A stretch of 64,000 nucleotides of DNA from Candidatus Rehaiarchaeum fermentans (GTDB lineage: Archaea; Nanobdellota; Nanobdellia; Parvarchaeales; Parvarchaeaceae): NCBI GenBank assembly GCA_025920435.1, contig JAPDLT010000002.1, positions 199 to 64,198 of the forward strand, given 5' to 3'. Position 1 is the stretch's first letter, and each line of letters begins with the position of its first letter. Below are positions 1 to 8,392 of the stretch, piece by piece. The notes under the pieces are model-generated. The model was not told the DNA's origin. It did no database searches and worked only from the letters and a program-made list of their open reading frames with translations. The translations under genes were made by a program, and so were the position numbers.

Positions 1-980
1 GTTAACATTTGTATAATAGAAGGCGGATTAAGAAGGGCTAAAAAACCAGAAACAGGAACATATTGAGGACCTAAAACTGTCTGCTCCAATTGAAATTTTC
101 CAAGTATTGGATTTCCTGATTTATAAAGAGTAAGCCCAAAAAATTGTAAACCGGCTAAAATAGAGACTATCATTATAAGAGGGATGACTGAATTATACAT
201 CAAAGAAATAGGCCATTTTATGGAAAAACCACGAAATCTTCCGAAAGATAATGGTAGCTCTACCCTAACTTGTTGAAGCCAAATTGCAAAAATAAATATT
301 CCAATTGTAGTTACTATTTCTATAATAGGAAATATTGCTTGCTGAATTAAACCCGAAATAGCAGAATAAATAATGGAAGGTATAGCACCGGGTGGAGAGA
401 AAATTGGATTAAACATGGTATTTATTAATTCTAATGATAGACTTCCTAAAATAAACAAACTTATTCCGGAACCAACTCCCCACTTGCTTACTAACTCATC
501 TAAAAAAAGTAATATAATTCCTCCAATAACAAGCTGCACCCACATTAATAACTGAAGAAGAATTGATGGATAAGCAGGAGTTATGGCACCAGAAAAAACG
601 TAAACAAAATTTTCAACAAGTATAAAAATAAAAGCTAGCAACTTTTGGGTGCCTTGGAATAGTACTCTTCCTTCATGTTGAGATAGATCGAAATGAATTA
701 TTTCAGATCCTTGTAAAAGTTCCATAAATATAGCTGCAGTAACTATAGGTCCAATACCTAAAGAAAGAACTGAACCGAAGTGAGCAGCTATAAGCGTTTG
801 TAAAACTTCGAAGCCAAAAGAATAAGTAGGACTAACACCAATCAGAGGTATATAGGAAAGTATAAAAAATATTGAAAGTGCAATAGCGGACCACTCTAAT
901 TTTTGTATAAAGCTGGTTTTAAATTCTGGAGAAGGTACAGAAGGTAAGTTAGACAGAAAATCTTTTAGTTTTTCATTCAT
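1..980 (-). CDS. secY: preprotein translocase subunit SecY (3' part runs off the window start)
   Basis: Minus-strand frame is open from ATG at 980-978 to the window edge, so it has no stop and is absent from the ORF track. My translation is MNEKLKDFLSNLPSVPSPEFKTSFIQKLEWSAIALSIFFILSYIPLIG...GIGPIVTAAIFMELLQG, multi-TM and SecY-like. It directly follows rpl15 as in the conserved L18-S5-L30-L15-SecY cluster, and its start overlaps the rpl15 stop by 8 nt. Confidence 0.85.
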   Translation of the reverse strand, partial: MNEKLKDFLSNLPSVPSPEFKTSFIQKLEWSAIALSIFFILSYIPLIGVSPTYSFGFEVLQTLIAAHFGSVLSLGIGPIVTAAIFMELLQGSEIIHFDLSQHEGRVLFQGTQKLLAFIFILVENFVYVFSGAITPAYPSILLQLLMWVQLVIGGIILLFLDELVSKWGVGSGISLFILGSLSLELINTMFNPIFSPPGAIPSIIYSAISGLIQQAIFPIIEIVTTIGIFIFAIWLQQVRVELPLSFGRFRGFSIKWPISLMYNSVIPLIMIVSILAGLQFFGLTLYKSGNPILGKFQLEQTVLGPQYVPVSGFLALLNPPSIIQML

Positions 981-1368
981 AAACTACTCCGCCAAAAGAT
1001 TTTATAGAATCAAGAGCAGTTCTTGAACACTTACCATGAACTTCAAGCTTTAATGCATTAGTTAGCTTACCACAAACTTTCGTATATCCGAGCTTCTTTA
1101 GATCTATTACATAAAAATCATCCTTTTTATATATCTTACCTTTTTCTAACAATCGATCCAAATTCTTTTCAACAAACCAAAGATTTAATGGATAATTACT
1201 ACGTCTTTTATTTTTTATGTGAACTCTTGAGTCTATAGAAAAGACTTTTTGTTGACCTCTCTTACCAGAACCAGCTCTACCTACGCCGCCCTTAGATCCT
1301 GCTTTTCTTGCATTTTGGCCATTTCCTCTACCCGCAGTCTTACTTCCTCTTAACTTCTTTCTTTTCAT
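973..1368 (-). CDS. rpl15: 50S ribosomal protein uL15
   Basis: 131 aa. Gly/basic N-terminus KKLRGSKTAGRGNGQNARKAGSKGGVGRAGSGKRGQQK is typical of uL15. It lies between rpl30 and secY. Confidence 0.9.
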   Translation of the reverse strand: MKRKKLRGSKTAGRGNGQNARKAGSKGGVGRAGSGKRGQQKVFSIDSRVHIKNKRRSNYPLNLWFVEKNLDRLLEKGKIYKKDDFYVIDLKKLGYTKVCGKLTNALKLEVHGKCSRTALDSIKSFGGVVYE

Positions 1369-1805
1369 ATCATCCTCAATAAAAGTTCGTTAATTTTCTC
1401 CTTTCTATAACCTAGTTCTCCTCCTTCACTAAATTGTTTTTTCTTACTCCCTTTAAATCCTTTTTTAGGCGGAGATAATCTGAATAGATTTTTTATGTTT
1501 TTATCTTTTAACCAAGCCTGATTATTAAGAAGTTTATCAACAAACTCTTCTAACTCCCCCTCTTTCCATTCATATTTTTTCTTATTACTTATCATAGCTC
1601 TATTTTTAAGTAAGGATTTGAGCGTTTCTTTGTCGATTTCTCCCCACGTAACATAGTTCTTAACCTTGTTTAGCATTCCTATTATATGTTTCTCTTCTCT
1701 TAATAATACTGCATTATTTTGTTTTTTCAATCCCAATGCATTTAAAGTACCTAGCTCACTTTTTGATGCATTTATCTTACTCTTAATCAGTATTGCGACT
1801 ATCAT
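1365..1805 (-). CDS. rpl30: 50S ribosomal protein uL30
   Basis: 146 aa archaeal long-form L30 (LGLKKQNNAVLL..NYVTWGEIDKETLKSLL). It has a 4-nt overlap with rpl15 and cluster context. Confidence 0.85.
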   Translation of the reverse strand: MIVAILIKSKINASKSELGTLNALGLKKQNNAVLLREEKHIIGMLNKVKNYVTWGEIDKETLKSLLKNRAMISNKKKYEWKEGELEEFVDKLLNNQAWLKDKNIKNLFRLSPPKKGFKGSKKKQFSEGGELGYRKEKINELLLRMI

Positions 1806-1807
1806 AC

Positions 1808-2539
1808 TTAACTATGGAAAGCATTTATCTTTTTAAGTGCATCGAATACTGCATAGCCCAATGATACACGAGTGCTTGTATTGCCTCGAGAAAAAACCCA
1901 TATGTCTTTAATGCCAGCTAATCGCATGATCTTTTTAACGTCTGCAGATGCACAAAGACCTAATCCTTTCGGAGCACATATTAATTTAACTCTTACAGAA
2001 CTATTCTTACCTTCTACATTAAAAGGAATAGAATGAGGAGTATCACACGCGCACTCTCTGCTCCCACACCCTAATTTTATTTTTATAATTGAAGTTTTAG
2101 CTCTTTTTATAGCCTTTTCTCGAGCTATCACTGCATCTGGGCCTCTTCCATATCCTATTCCTATATGGCCTTTCCCGTCGCCTACTACTGCCATTACAGC
2201 AAAATGCTGCTTTTTACCTTCTGCAGTCACCTGCTGAGTATTTCTTCTTATAGTTCGTTTACCACCTCCCATTTTTCCTTTCATTTGACCTATGTTTAGA
2301 AAATCAATTTTAAGATCAGGTATTAAATAATCTACTATTTCTGCCTCTCTAATTTTAATACCTTTATCTAAAATTTCATCGATGCTTTTGAATTCTCCAG
2401 CTAGAACTCTCTTTCCCAACGAAGTTTTGAAATTAAAAGTCCTTTCACTGTTCTTTAATTCTCCTGAATTTGAATCAGTATTAAAATCTTGCTGACTCTC
2501 TGCCTTCTTTTCAATTCCTTCTGCACTATTTTGCTCCAT
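1808..2539 (-). CDS. rps5: 30S ribosomal protein uS5
   Basis: 243 aa. FAVMAVVGDGKGHIGIGYGRG and the C-terminal LAGIKDIW..SRGNTST are S5 domain signatures. Cluster context supports the call. Confidence 0.9.
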   Translation of the reverse strand: MEQNSAEGIEKKAESQQDFNTDSNSGELKNSERTFNFKTSLGKRVLAGEFKSIDEILDKGIKIREAEIVDYLIPDLKIDFLNIGQMKGKMGGGKRTIRRNTQQVTAEGKKQHFAVMAVVGDGKGHIGIGYGRGPDAVIAREKAIKRAKTSIIKIKLGCGSRECACDTPHSIPFNVEGKNSSVRVKLICAPKGLGLCASADVKKIMRLAGIKDIWVFSRGNTSTRVSLGYAVFDALKKINAFHS

Positions 2540-3077
2540 ATTCCTTATCTATTTTATTCTTAACTTCTTGAAATATTTCTTTTATTTTTGAAATTTTATC
2601 TTTTACTTTTGAAAATTGTAAACCTGAAGACTTTTGCGAAATATTTATAATATGCAATCCCATGATTCTATCATTTGATATATTTATTTCGCCGGCTCTT
2701 ACTTTTAATCCGCCATCTATTGCACCTTTTAAGGCACTAAAAATAAAGCTATTTTGATGTAACGTATATAGACCTTTGTCCAAAATTAATTCCTCATTTA
2801 TTTTAGATTTTCTAGCTAAAAGATATCCGGTTAAATAAGAAGAAGGCAAATTTTTAAAGGAAAAAGGCCAATCAAACTTTTTAAGTTCTCTACCATAGGC
2901 ACTAGCAATAGTTATATCCTTAATATTTCCTTCTTCATCCAAAATTGTCTTGATAATTTGTGTTATAACAGTATGATTTGTTTTTCTAACTACTAATCTA
3001 GGTAATCCTGATCTAAGCAACTTTATCCTTTTTCTATAATCAGTATACGGTCTCATCTTTAATTTATTATTTAGCAA
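2526..3077 (-). CDS. rpl18: 50S ribosomal protein uL18
   Basis: 183 aa. N-terminus YRKRIKLLRSGLPRLVVRKTNHTVITQII is typical of archaeal L18/L5e. It lies directly upstream of rps5 with a 14-nt overlap. Confidence 0.85.
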   Translation of the reverse strand: MLNNKLKMRPYTDYRKRIKLLRSGLPRLVVRKTNHTVITQIIKTILDEEGNIKDITIASAYGRELKKFDWPFSFKNLPSSYLTGYLLARKSKINEELILDKGLYTLHQNSFIFSALKGAIDGGLKVRAGEINISNDRIMGLHIINISQKSSGLQFSKVKDKISKIKEIFQEVKNKIDKEYGAK

Positions 3078-3087
3078 TATATAAAAA

Positions 3088-3465
3088 TCATTTGTGTCTC
3101 AACAAATATATAATATATAGACAAAACCCGCTTATTAAAGCAACAAAATCAAGCTCTAGAGTTATATTTCCTCCGTATATAAATCCTCCTCCATTTATAA
3201 TAAAAAGATTAAATTCATCAATTATAGCACCAAATGACGCGCCGAAAGTAAGAGAAAAAAAGTATCGTAAATATCTATTACTTACAAAATAAGCCAGCAA
3301 TATAGAACTTAATATTAATCCTAATAGACCAAAGTATGCATGATGAAGGTAAATTGTTCCAACTTTAGGATTTATTGGATATAGGTATAGAATTAATCTA
3401 ATAAGACCTACAGATAAAAAGTCTCCTAATAAGAAGAAAAAACCTTCATTCTTAAAATATTTCAT
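3088..3465 (-). CDS. small integral membrane protein, unknown function
   Basis: 125 aa, about 4 hydrophobic helices, no recognisable motif. Co-directional and tightly packed with its neighbours. Confidence 0.5.
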   Translation of the reverse strand: MKYFKNEGFFFLLGDFLSVGLIRLILYLYPINPKVGTIYLHHAYFGLLGLILSSILLAYFVSNRYLRYFFSLTFGASFGAIIDEFNLFIINGGGFIYGGNITLELDFVALISGFCLYIIYLLRHK

Positions 3466-3466
3466 A

Positions 3467-4036
3467 TTAAAATTGAGAAAGCAACAATTTAACTTCTTTC
3501 AATTGATTAATAAATTGCGGTATCAAAGAATTAAACCTTAATGGAAAAGAAGGATGAAAAGCAACATATACTTTTCTTTCTTTTCCTGCAATAAACATTT
3601 GGTGAACTCCTAGTATATCTTTTATTCTACTAAATTTAAATCCAAGACCATAGGAGGCACTTACTCCTAAAGATAGTATAACTTTTGGATCAACAATTTC
3701 TATTTGTTTAAAAAGAAAGGCTTTTGTACAAATATCTATTTCTTCCTTAGAAGGTTTTCGATTGTTAGGAGGACGACATTTTACAATGTTTGTTATATAA
3801 GAATTATTCCTGTCAATTCCTACTTCCTTTAAACATTTATCCAGTAATTTACCAGCCTCGCCTACAAATGGCCTGCCTAGCAAATCTTCATTTCTACCTG
3901 GAGCCTCTCCTATTATCATTAAATCAGAAGGTATTTTACCTTCCCCTGGAACTGCATTTGTTCTAGAATTACTAAGCCTACATAGCTTACACATTTTTAT
4001 TTCACTATTTATTTTTTCAATATCCAATTCATCCAT
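3467..4036 (-). CDS. udg: uracil-DNA glycosylase, family 4 (Fe-S type)
   Basis: CKLCRL..GEGKIPSDLMIIGEAPGRNEDLLGRPFVGEAGKLL..NIVKCRPPNNRKP..FHPSF match family-4 UDG motifs (GEAPG, cysteine ligands). Confidence 0.85.
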   Translation of the reverse strand: MDELDIEKINSEIKMCKLCRLSNSRTNAVPGEGKIPSDLMIIGEAPGRNEDLLGRPFVGEAGKLLDKCLKEVGIDRNNSYITNIVKCRPPNNRKPSKEEIDICTKAFLFKQIEIVDPKVILSLGVSASYGLGFKFSRIKDILGVHQMFIAGKERKVYVAFHPSFPLRFNSLIPQFINQLKEVKLLLSQF

Positions 4037-4038
4037 TC

Positions 4039-4584
4039 TTATAAAATCTTGTTTACTTCATTTATAAACTGGTTATAAACATCATCCAAATTTTTATTTC
4101 CATCAATAATTATCCATTTACCCATAAAGTTTCTTTCTGCTAAGAACAAATACTTTTCGCGTACTTTTTTTAAGAATTCTACGTTTTCAAATATGTCTTT
4201 GTTTATTTTTCTTGAAAGTGAAACTTCTGGTGATATATCTATATAAATTATTGCTTTTGGGTAAGGAAATAACTTATTTGCTAACTCAATTGCTAAATCG
4301 ATAGGAAAACCCAAAGCACATTGATAAGCAATAGTTGATGTTATATATCTATCTAATACTGATTTTTCTGTCCACTTATTTTTATCTTTTATTATGTCTG
4401 AAGAATAAATAAAGAATAATTCTTCGTAAGACAAGCTTATTTCCTTATTAAGAAATTTATTTATGATGCTCCAATATATTCCATTCCTGTCAGGATAGCT
4501 AAACAATGAAAAATTATATTCTTCTGAAAATCGTTTAGTAATAGTACTTTTACCTGCTCCGTCTATTGCTTCTACAACTATCAT
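4039..4584 (-). CDS. tmk: thymidylate kinase
   Basis: 181 aa. P-loop IVVEAIDGAGKST at the N-terminus and the DRY(I/V)xS region (LDRYITSTIAYQ) are typical of Tmk. Confidence 0.8.
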   Translation of the reverse strand: MIVVEAIDGAGKSTITKRFSEEYNFSLFSYPDRNGIYWSIINKFLNKEISLSYEELFFIYSSDIIKDKNKWTEKSVLDRYITSTIAYQCALGFPIDLAIELANKLFPYPKAIIYIDISPEVSLSRKINKDIFENVEFLKKVREKYLFLAERNFMGKWIIIDGNKNLDDVYNQFINEVNKIL

Positions 4585-4623
4585 AAATCTTATATTCTTT
4601 ATTTTATAGAAAGATTATTTTAA

Positions 4624-4947
4624 ATGGAAATAACAAAGGAAGAATTTGAAAAATTGAATTTAGTAGTAGGAAAAATAATAGATGTAAGTGAAGTACCGAA
4701 AAGCGATAAACTTTTAAAGATAAAAATAAGCATCGGAGAAAATACAAAAACTGTCGTATCAGGAATAAAAAAATGGTATAAAAAAGAAGAGCTATTAGGC
4801 AAAAAAGTAATTCTGCTAGAAAATATAAAACCAGCTAAATTTTTAGGAGAAATATCGGAAGGAATGATATTAGCTGCGAGCGATGGAGAAAATGTAAGCT
4901 TATTGACAGTAGACAAAGAAATAAAAGAAGGATCTAAGGTTAGCTAA
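4624..4947 (+). CDS. tRNA-binding domain protein (Trbp111/CsaA/MetRS-C-terminal-like OB fold)
   Basis: 107 aa. LVVGKIIDVSEVPKSDKLLKIKISIGE..TVVSGIKKWYKKEELLGKKVILLENIKPAKFLGEISEGMILAA matches the EMAP/Trbp111 tRNA-binding domain. The antisense ORF 4620-4916 is low-complexity. Confidence 0.75.
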   Translation: MEITKEEFEKLNLVVGKIIDVSEVPKSDKLLKIKISIGENTKTVVSGIKKWYKKEELLGKKVILLENIKPAKFLGEISEGMILAASDGENVSLLTVDKEIKEGSKVS

Positions 4948-6062
4948 AATCTTTCTATTTCATAAGTTTTTGGCAAGAACTTCAAAAATTGAGGGTATAA
5001 AGCTCTTTTATCTAAAACGTAAACGGAGGAGGAGCTTTTAGGACTTCTATTTGCTCTGCCTATCATCTGTAATAAAAGTGAAGCTGTTGCTCCATACAGC
5101 AAATCTTCTATAGAAATAGAAGAAATGAATGAAATGAGTTTAAGGCTTTCTATGATACTTTTATGAGGAAAAGGTAAACCTACTGCGACCAATACTTTAT
5201 TTTCTAAAGAAATACTTTCATTGTATTTTCCTCTGAATACTTGAACATCTATATTTTCTTTAAACAAGTCTGAAAACTTTTCAGCAAATTCTTTATTTTG
5301 GAAAAATGCAACTACTTTTCCTTTATTACTCAAACTTTTTAACAAACTTTTAATATAATCAATATTTTTTGATCTTTCGCCAAAACTCATGTCTAATTTA
5401 GAATCTACGAAAATTTTGATACGCCTTTTATCTTGAATGTCTATTATTTTATCAGGAGAAATAGCCCACTTAAAAAATTGTTTCGGAATAAAAGTACCGC
5501 TCATAAATACGCTTTTGAAAAATATACTTTTTAAGTATCTAATAAGAAAAACAATTTTAGGATTTTGAACTATTTCATTAAAAAGATTGTGCGCTTCATC
5601 TAAAATTAATACAGAATTGCGGAAATCGATATTAAATCGTTGATTTACTTTTGAAAATAAGTTTTCATCTAGCAAATGTTTAATTCCTATCATCTTTACT
5701 TTAGAGTATTTTATAATTTTCAAAGCAGGTCTGTAATAATTAAATTCAAAAGGATTAAAATAGTTTTTATGATAGCTAAAATCAATATTTATCATATATT
5801 CTTTTCCAAATATTCCTGCATAATTCAAAGAAACGTTAGATGCATTTGAAATGTTTTCTAATTCTTTAATAAAAGATAGATAATGAGTGTGTTTGAATGT
5901 AGCAATAACTATGTTTTTTTCTGGGAATTTAGAAAGAGCGTAAAAAAGGACCGGCGCTGTTTTGCCTGAACCGACATAAGAACTTAGCAAAATACTTCTT
6001 CCTTGATCTAACTCCTCAATTATAGTTTTTTGTTCTTCGCTAATTTTATAAGGAAATATCAT
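4944..6062 (-). CDS. minimal SF2 helicase, XPD/DinG-like but lacking the Fe-S cluster cysteines
   Basis: 372 aa. Motif I SSYVGSGKTAP, motif II LILDEAHNLF, SGT (FMSGTF) and motif VI QMIGRANRS are present. There are no Cys residues between motifs I and II, where XPD carries its 4Fe-4S domain. Confidence 0.6.
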   Translation of the reverse strand: MIFPYKISEEQKTIIEELDQGRSILLSSYVGSGKTAPVLFYALSKFPEKNIVIATFKHTHYLSFIKELENISNASNVSLNYAGIFGKEYMINIDFSYHKNYFNPFEFNYYRPALKIIKYSKVKMIGIKHLLDENLFSKVNQRFNIDFRNSVLILDEAHNLFNEIVQNPKIVFLIRYLKSIFFKSVFMSGTFIPKQFFKWAISPDKIIDIQDKRRIKIFVDSKLDMSFGERSKNIDYIKSLLKSLSNKGKVVAFFQNKEFAEKFSDLFKENIDVQVFRGKYNESISLENKVLVAVGLPFPHKSIIESLKLISFISSISIEDLLYGATASLLLQMIGRANRSPKSSSSVYVLDKRALYPQFLKFLPKTYEIERF

Positions 6063-6547
6063 CCAAAGTTATAACTAAAGTCTTTTTTATCAGATTTATC
6101 TAAATTATCTATATCAAAATCAAATAAGTCTTTAAGTTGAATCAGCACATTTTTTAAATAAGAAAATACTTCTTTAAAGAAAGAAGCAGCTTCACTAGTA
6201 CTCTTAATAAAACGCAATCTTAGATCATACTTAACAAACTTATTCAAAAATTCTGAATGTAATTTAGATAAATTGTTAATTCTATTGAATTTTTTTAAGT
6301 ATGAAGCCATTTGTGCAGAAGAATAAGTTTGTGGAGACATAATTTCATTTATGAAATTATTAAGAGAGGTTATTTCGTCAAACAAAGCTCTCGACAAACC
6401 TATTAAAAAACTAAAATCATCTGCAAAAGAAAAATCTATTTTATTCTCGAGCAAAGATATAACTTCTTCTATTGCGGGCAGATCATATTTAGAAGCTAAT
6501 TCTTTATACTTTTTAATAAATTCTTCTTCATCAAAGGAGTTTTCCAT
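6059..6547 (-). CDS. hypothetical acidic helical protein, translationally coupled to the helicase
   Basis: 162 aa with no recognisable domain. Its stop overlaps the start of the 4944-6062 gene by 4 nt. Confidence 0.5.
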   Translation of the reverse strand: MENSFDEEEFIKKYKELASKYDLPAIEEVISLLENKIDFSFADDFSFLIGLSRALFDEITSLNNFINEIMSPQTYSSAQMASYLKKFNRINNLSKLHSEFLNKFVKYDLRLRFIKSTSEAASFFKEVFSYLKNVLIQLKDLFDFDIDNLDKSDKKDFSYNFG

Positions 6548-6590
6548 ATTATTATTAGCTTAGATTTATTTTATTGATTATAATTAAAAT

Positions 6591-7334
6591 ATGAAAGGAT
6601 TAGGAATAATACTTGCAATAATTGGAATACCTCTGCTTTTTTTAGGAACAATTTTTATAATATTGAGCGTTTCGTTAGGACAGTTGATACCCTTAACCTA
6701 TAAACTTTTGGAGGCAATAAGCAATAGTGTATCTTCTTATATTTCACTAAGCACTTTAACTAGTGCGCTTCCTAATCCCAATTCTCTCTATTCAATAGGA
6801 ATAGTATTTTTTATTATAGGAATAGCTGGCGTGACTTTTAGCGATTATAGAGGAAAAGGATTAGTTTATTCAGGAACGACAATTATAATAGCAAGCATTA
6901 TAGCATTTTTATCATTAGGAATAGAATTGATAATATTTCCAACTCAAATACAAAATGCATTAATGATAGCAAATGAAAGCATCAGTCAATCACAAATATT
7001 GCTTGCTGGTTATTCATTTGAAAAGAATACAATAATATTTTCTGTAGCAGGTATTATCTTAATAATATTTGGGGCCTTACTAAATAGGCACTTTAATAAA
7101 AAGGAAAAAATTAAAGAAGAAAAATTAAAGAATGAAGAAGAAAGCAAAGAAAAAATAATTGAAGAGATAATACAAAACCAACTTTCTCATAAACCGATAA
7201 TACTTGATCCTAACAACTTAGATTCTAAAAACAATATAAATAGCTTGCCTAGTAATACGTTTAATCCTGATATAAACAAAACTAATAATCAAGATCAAAA
7301 TAAAAAGGAAGATAATCCTTTCAAGCCACTTTGA
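6591..7334 (+). CDS. membrane protein with Lys/Glu/Asn-rich C-terminal tail
   Basis: 247 aa, about 6 hydrophobic helices followed by a low-complexity tail (KKEKIKEEKLKNEEESKEK...NNQDQNKKEDN). Confidence 0.55.
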   Translation: MKGLGIILAIIGIPLLFLGTIFIILSVSLGQLIPLTYKLLEAISNSVSSYISLSTLTSALPNPNSLYSIGIVFFIIGIAGVTFSDYRGKGLVYSGTTIIIASIIAFLSLGIELIIFPTQIQNALMIANESISQSQILLAGYSFEKNTIIFSVAGIILIIFGALLNRHFNKKEKIKEEKLKNEEESKEKIIEEIIQNQLSHKPIILDPNNLDSKNNINSLPSNTFNPDINKTNNQDQNKKEDNPFKPL

Positions 7335-7417
7335 GGAGAGTGGGGGAGTCGAACCCCCTTAACTCGTTTTCGGCTATAGCTTTGCAGACGAGCACATAGC
7401 CGTTCTGTCAACTCTCC
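7334..7417 (-). tRNA. tRNA-Cys(GCA) with a 13-nt intron at or near 37/38
   Basis: The reverse complement folds as GGAGAGT-TG-ACAG-AACGGCT-ATGT-G-CTCGT-[CTGCAAA + 13-nt insert GCTATAGCCGAAA]-ACGAG-TTAA-GGGGG-TTCGACT-CCCCC-ACTCTCC-T. The acceptor, anticodon and T stems are perfect, G18G19 is present, and the discriminator U fits Cys identity. Confidence 0.75.
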
Positions 7418-7439
7418 TTCAATAAATTTTATTTGCACT

Positions 7440-7874
7440 TCAAGAAATAAATTCTCTTGGGTCTTTGTTTTCTACTTTTATTCCCATACTTAAACAAGTA
7501 CCTAATATTTCGTTTATAACCTTCTTTTCATCACTACTTATTGAATTTTTAATTCTTTTAGAAGCCAATTCTTTTATTTTTTCAAAAGGAATGGAAACAC
7601 TATTAGATCTATCACCAAAACCTTTCTCTATTCCTGCTATCTTCTTTAATTCCTCAGAAATAAATGGCATACCTACTTTTAATTCATATTGTTTTGTTTC
7701 CTTATCAATTTCTATTTCTATAGGAACTTTCATTCCACTAAATTCTTTCGTTAGTTCATTTATTTTTGGAATAACCTGCTGAGGACTAAGTCCTCCGCTA
7801 GAAAGCAGAGGCCCTAAAGGCGGCCCAAAAGACGCTTTCCCTCCTTCAACTATTGCTTTTAACGTTACTTTCAT
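7440..7874 (-). CDS. rpl11: 50S ribosomal protein uL11
   Basis: 144 aa. VEGGKASFGPPLGPLL is the L11 N-terminal signature. It follows spt5/nusG as in the conserved cluster. Confidence 0.9.
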   Translation of the reverse strand: MKVTLKAIVEGGKASFGPPLGPLLSSGGLSPQQVIPKINELTKEFSGMKVPIEIEIDKETKQYELKVGMPFISEELKKIAGIEKGFGDRSNSVSIPFEKIKELASKRIKNSISSDEKKVINEILGTCLSMGIKVENKDPREFIS

Positions 7875-8343
7875 ATTCCTCCTTTTTAACTAATTCTACA
7901 TCTGACATTTTAATATTTACTTGTATAGGTACCGATGATTGTATAAAAGACACAATTATTTCCTTTTTTTCGTTATCAACTCCTTTTACAGAAACTATCT
8001 CGCCTTTGAAAGGACCTGATATAACTCTTACTAAATCACCTATCTTTAATTCTAAAGATTTTTCTTCTTTCTTAAGTATTTTTTCAATATCTTGATCAGA
8101 AAGCTCTATATTGGAAAACCCTCTGAAGTATTTAATCCCTTTGAAAAATTCGTATAATTCTTCTGGATCATCTGTTTCTATTATTATATATCCTTTCAAT
8201 TTAGGAGAGTATATTACTGAAATAAGCGACTTTGGCACTTCTGAATTTCTAAGTATTTCTAGAAACTTTTTCTCCTTATTACTTATTACTTTTATTACTT
8301 TTATTTCGATTTGAGTCTCCTTGTTTTGCTCTTCTTCTGCCAT
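7846..8343 (-). CDS. spt5: transcription elongation factor Spt5 (NusG homolog)
   Basis: 165 aa. An NGN domain is followed by a KOW motif (KIGDLVRVISGPFKGEIVSVKGVD). It lies upstream of rpl11. Confidence 0.85.
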   Translation of the reverse strand: MAEEEQNKETQIEIKVIKVISNKEKKFLEILRNSEVPKSLISVIYSPKLKGYIIIETDDPEELYEFFKGIKYFRGFSNIELSDQDIEKILKKEEKSLELKIGDLVRVISGPFKGEIVSVKGVDNEKKEIIVSFIQSSVPIQVNIKMSDVELVKKEEYESNVKSNS

Positions 8344-8360
8344 TATGAATATTTATATAA

Positions 8361-8370
8361 TTATAAATAA
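8361..8370 (+). promoter_or_regulatory. TATA-box-like element upstream of the permuted tRNA
   Basis: TTATAAATAA lies about 23-32 nt upstream of the first paired leader nucleotide (8392/8393). That spacing is compatible with archaeal TATA-to-TSS distance. Confidence 0.35.
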
Positions 8371-8392
8371 CTTTAAAACATATCTTTTTATA

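Noticed and set aside
373-555. 60-aa + strand ORF from the track
   Set aside because: It lies antisense within the secY reading frame, is low-complexity, and has no motif.
4620-4916. 98-aa minus-strand ORF overlapping the tRNA-binding-domain gene
   Set aside because: The + strand product has a clear Trbp111/EMAP-type domain. The minus-strand product is Ser/Phe/Ile-rich mirror sequence.
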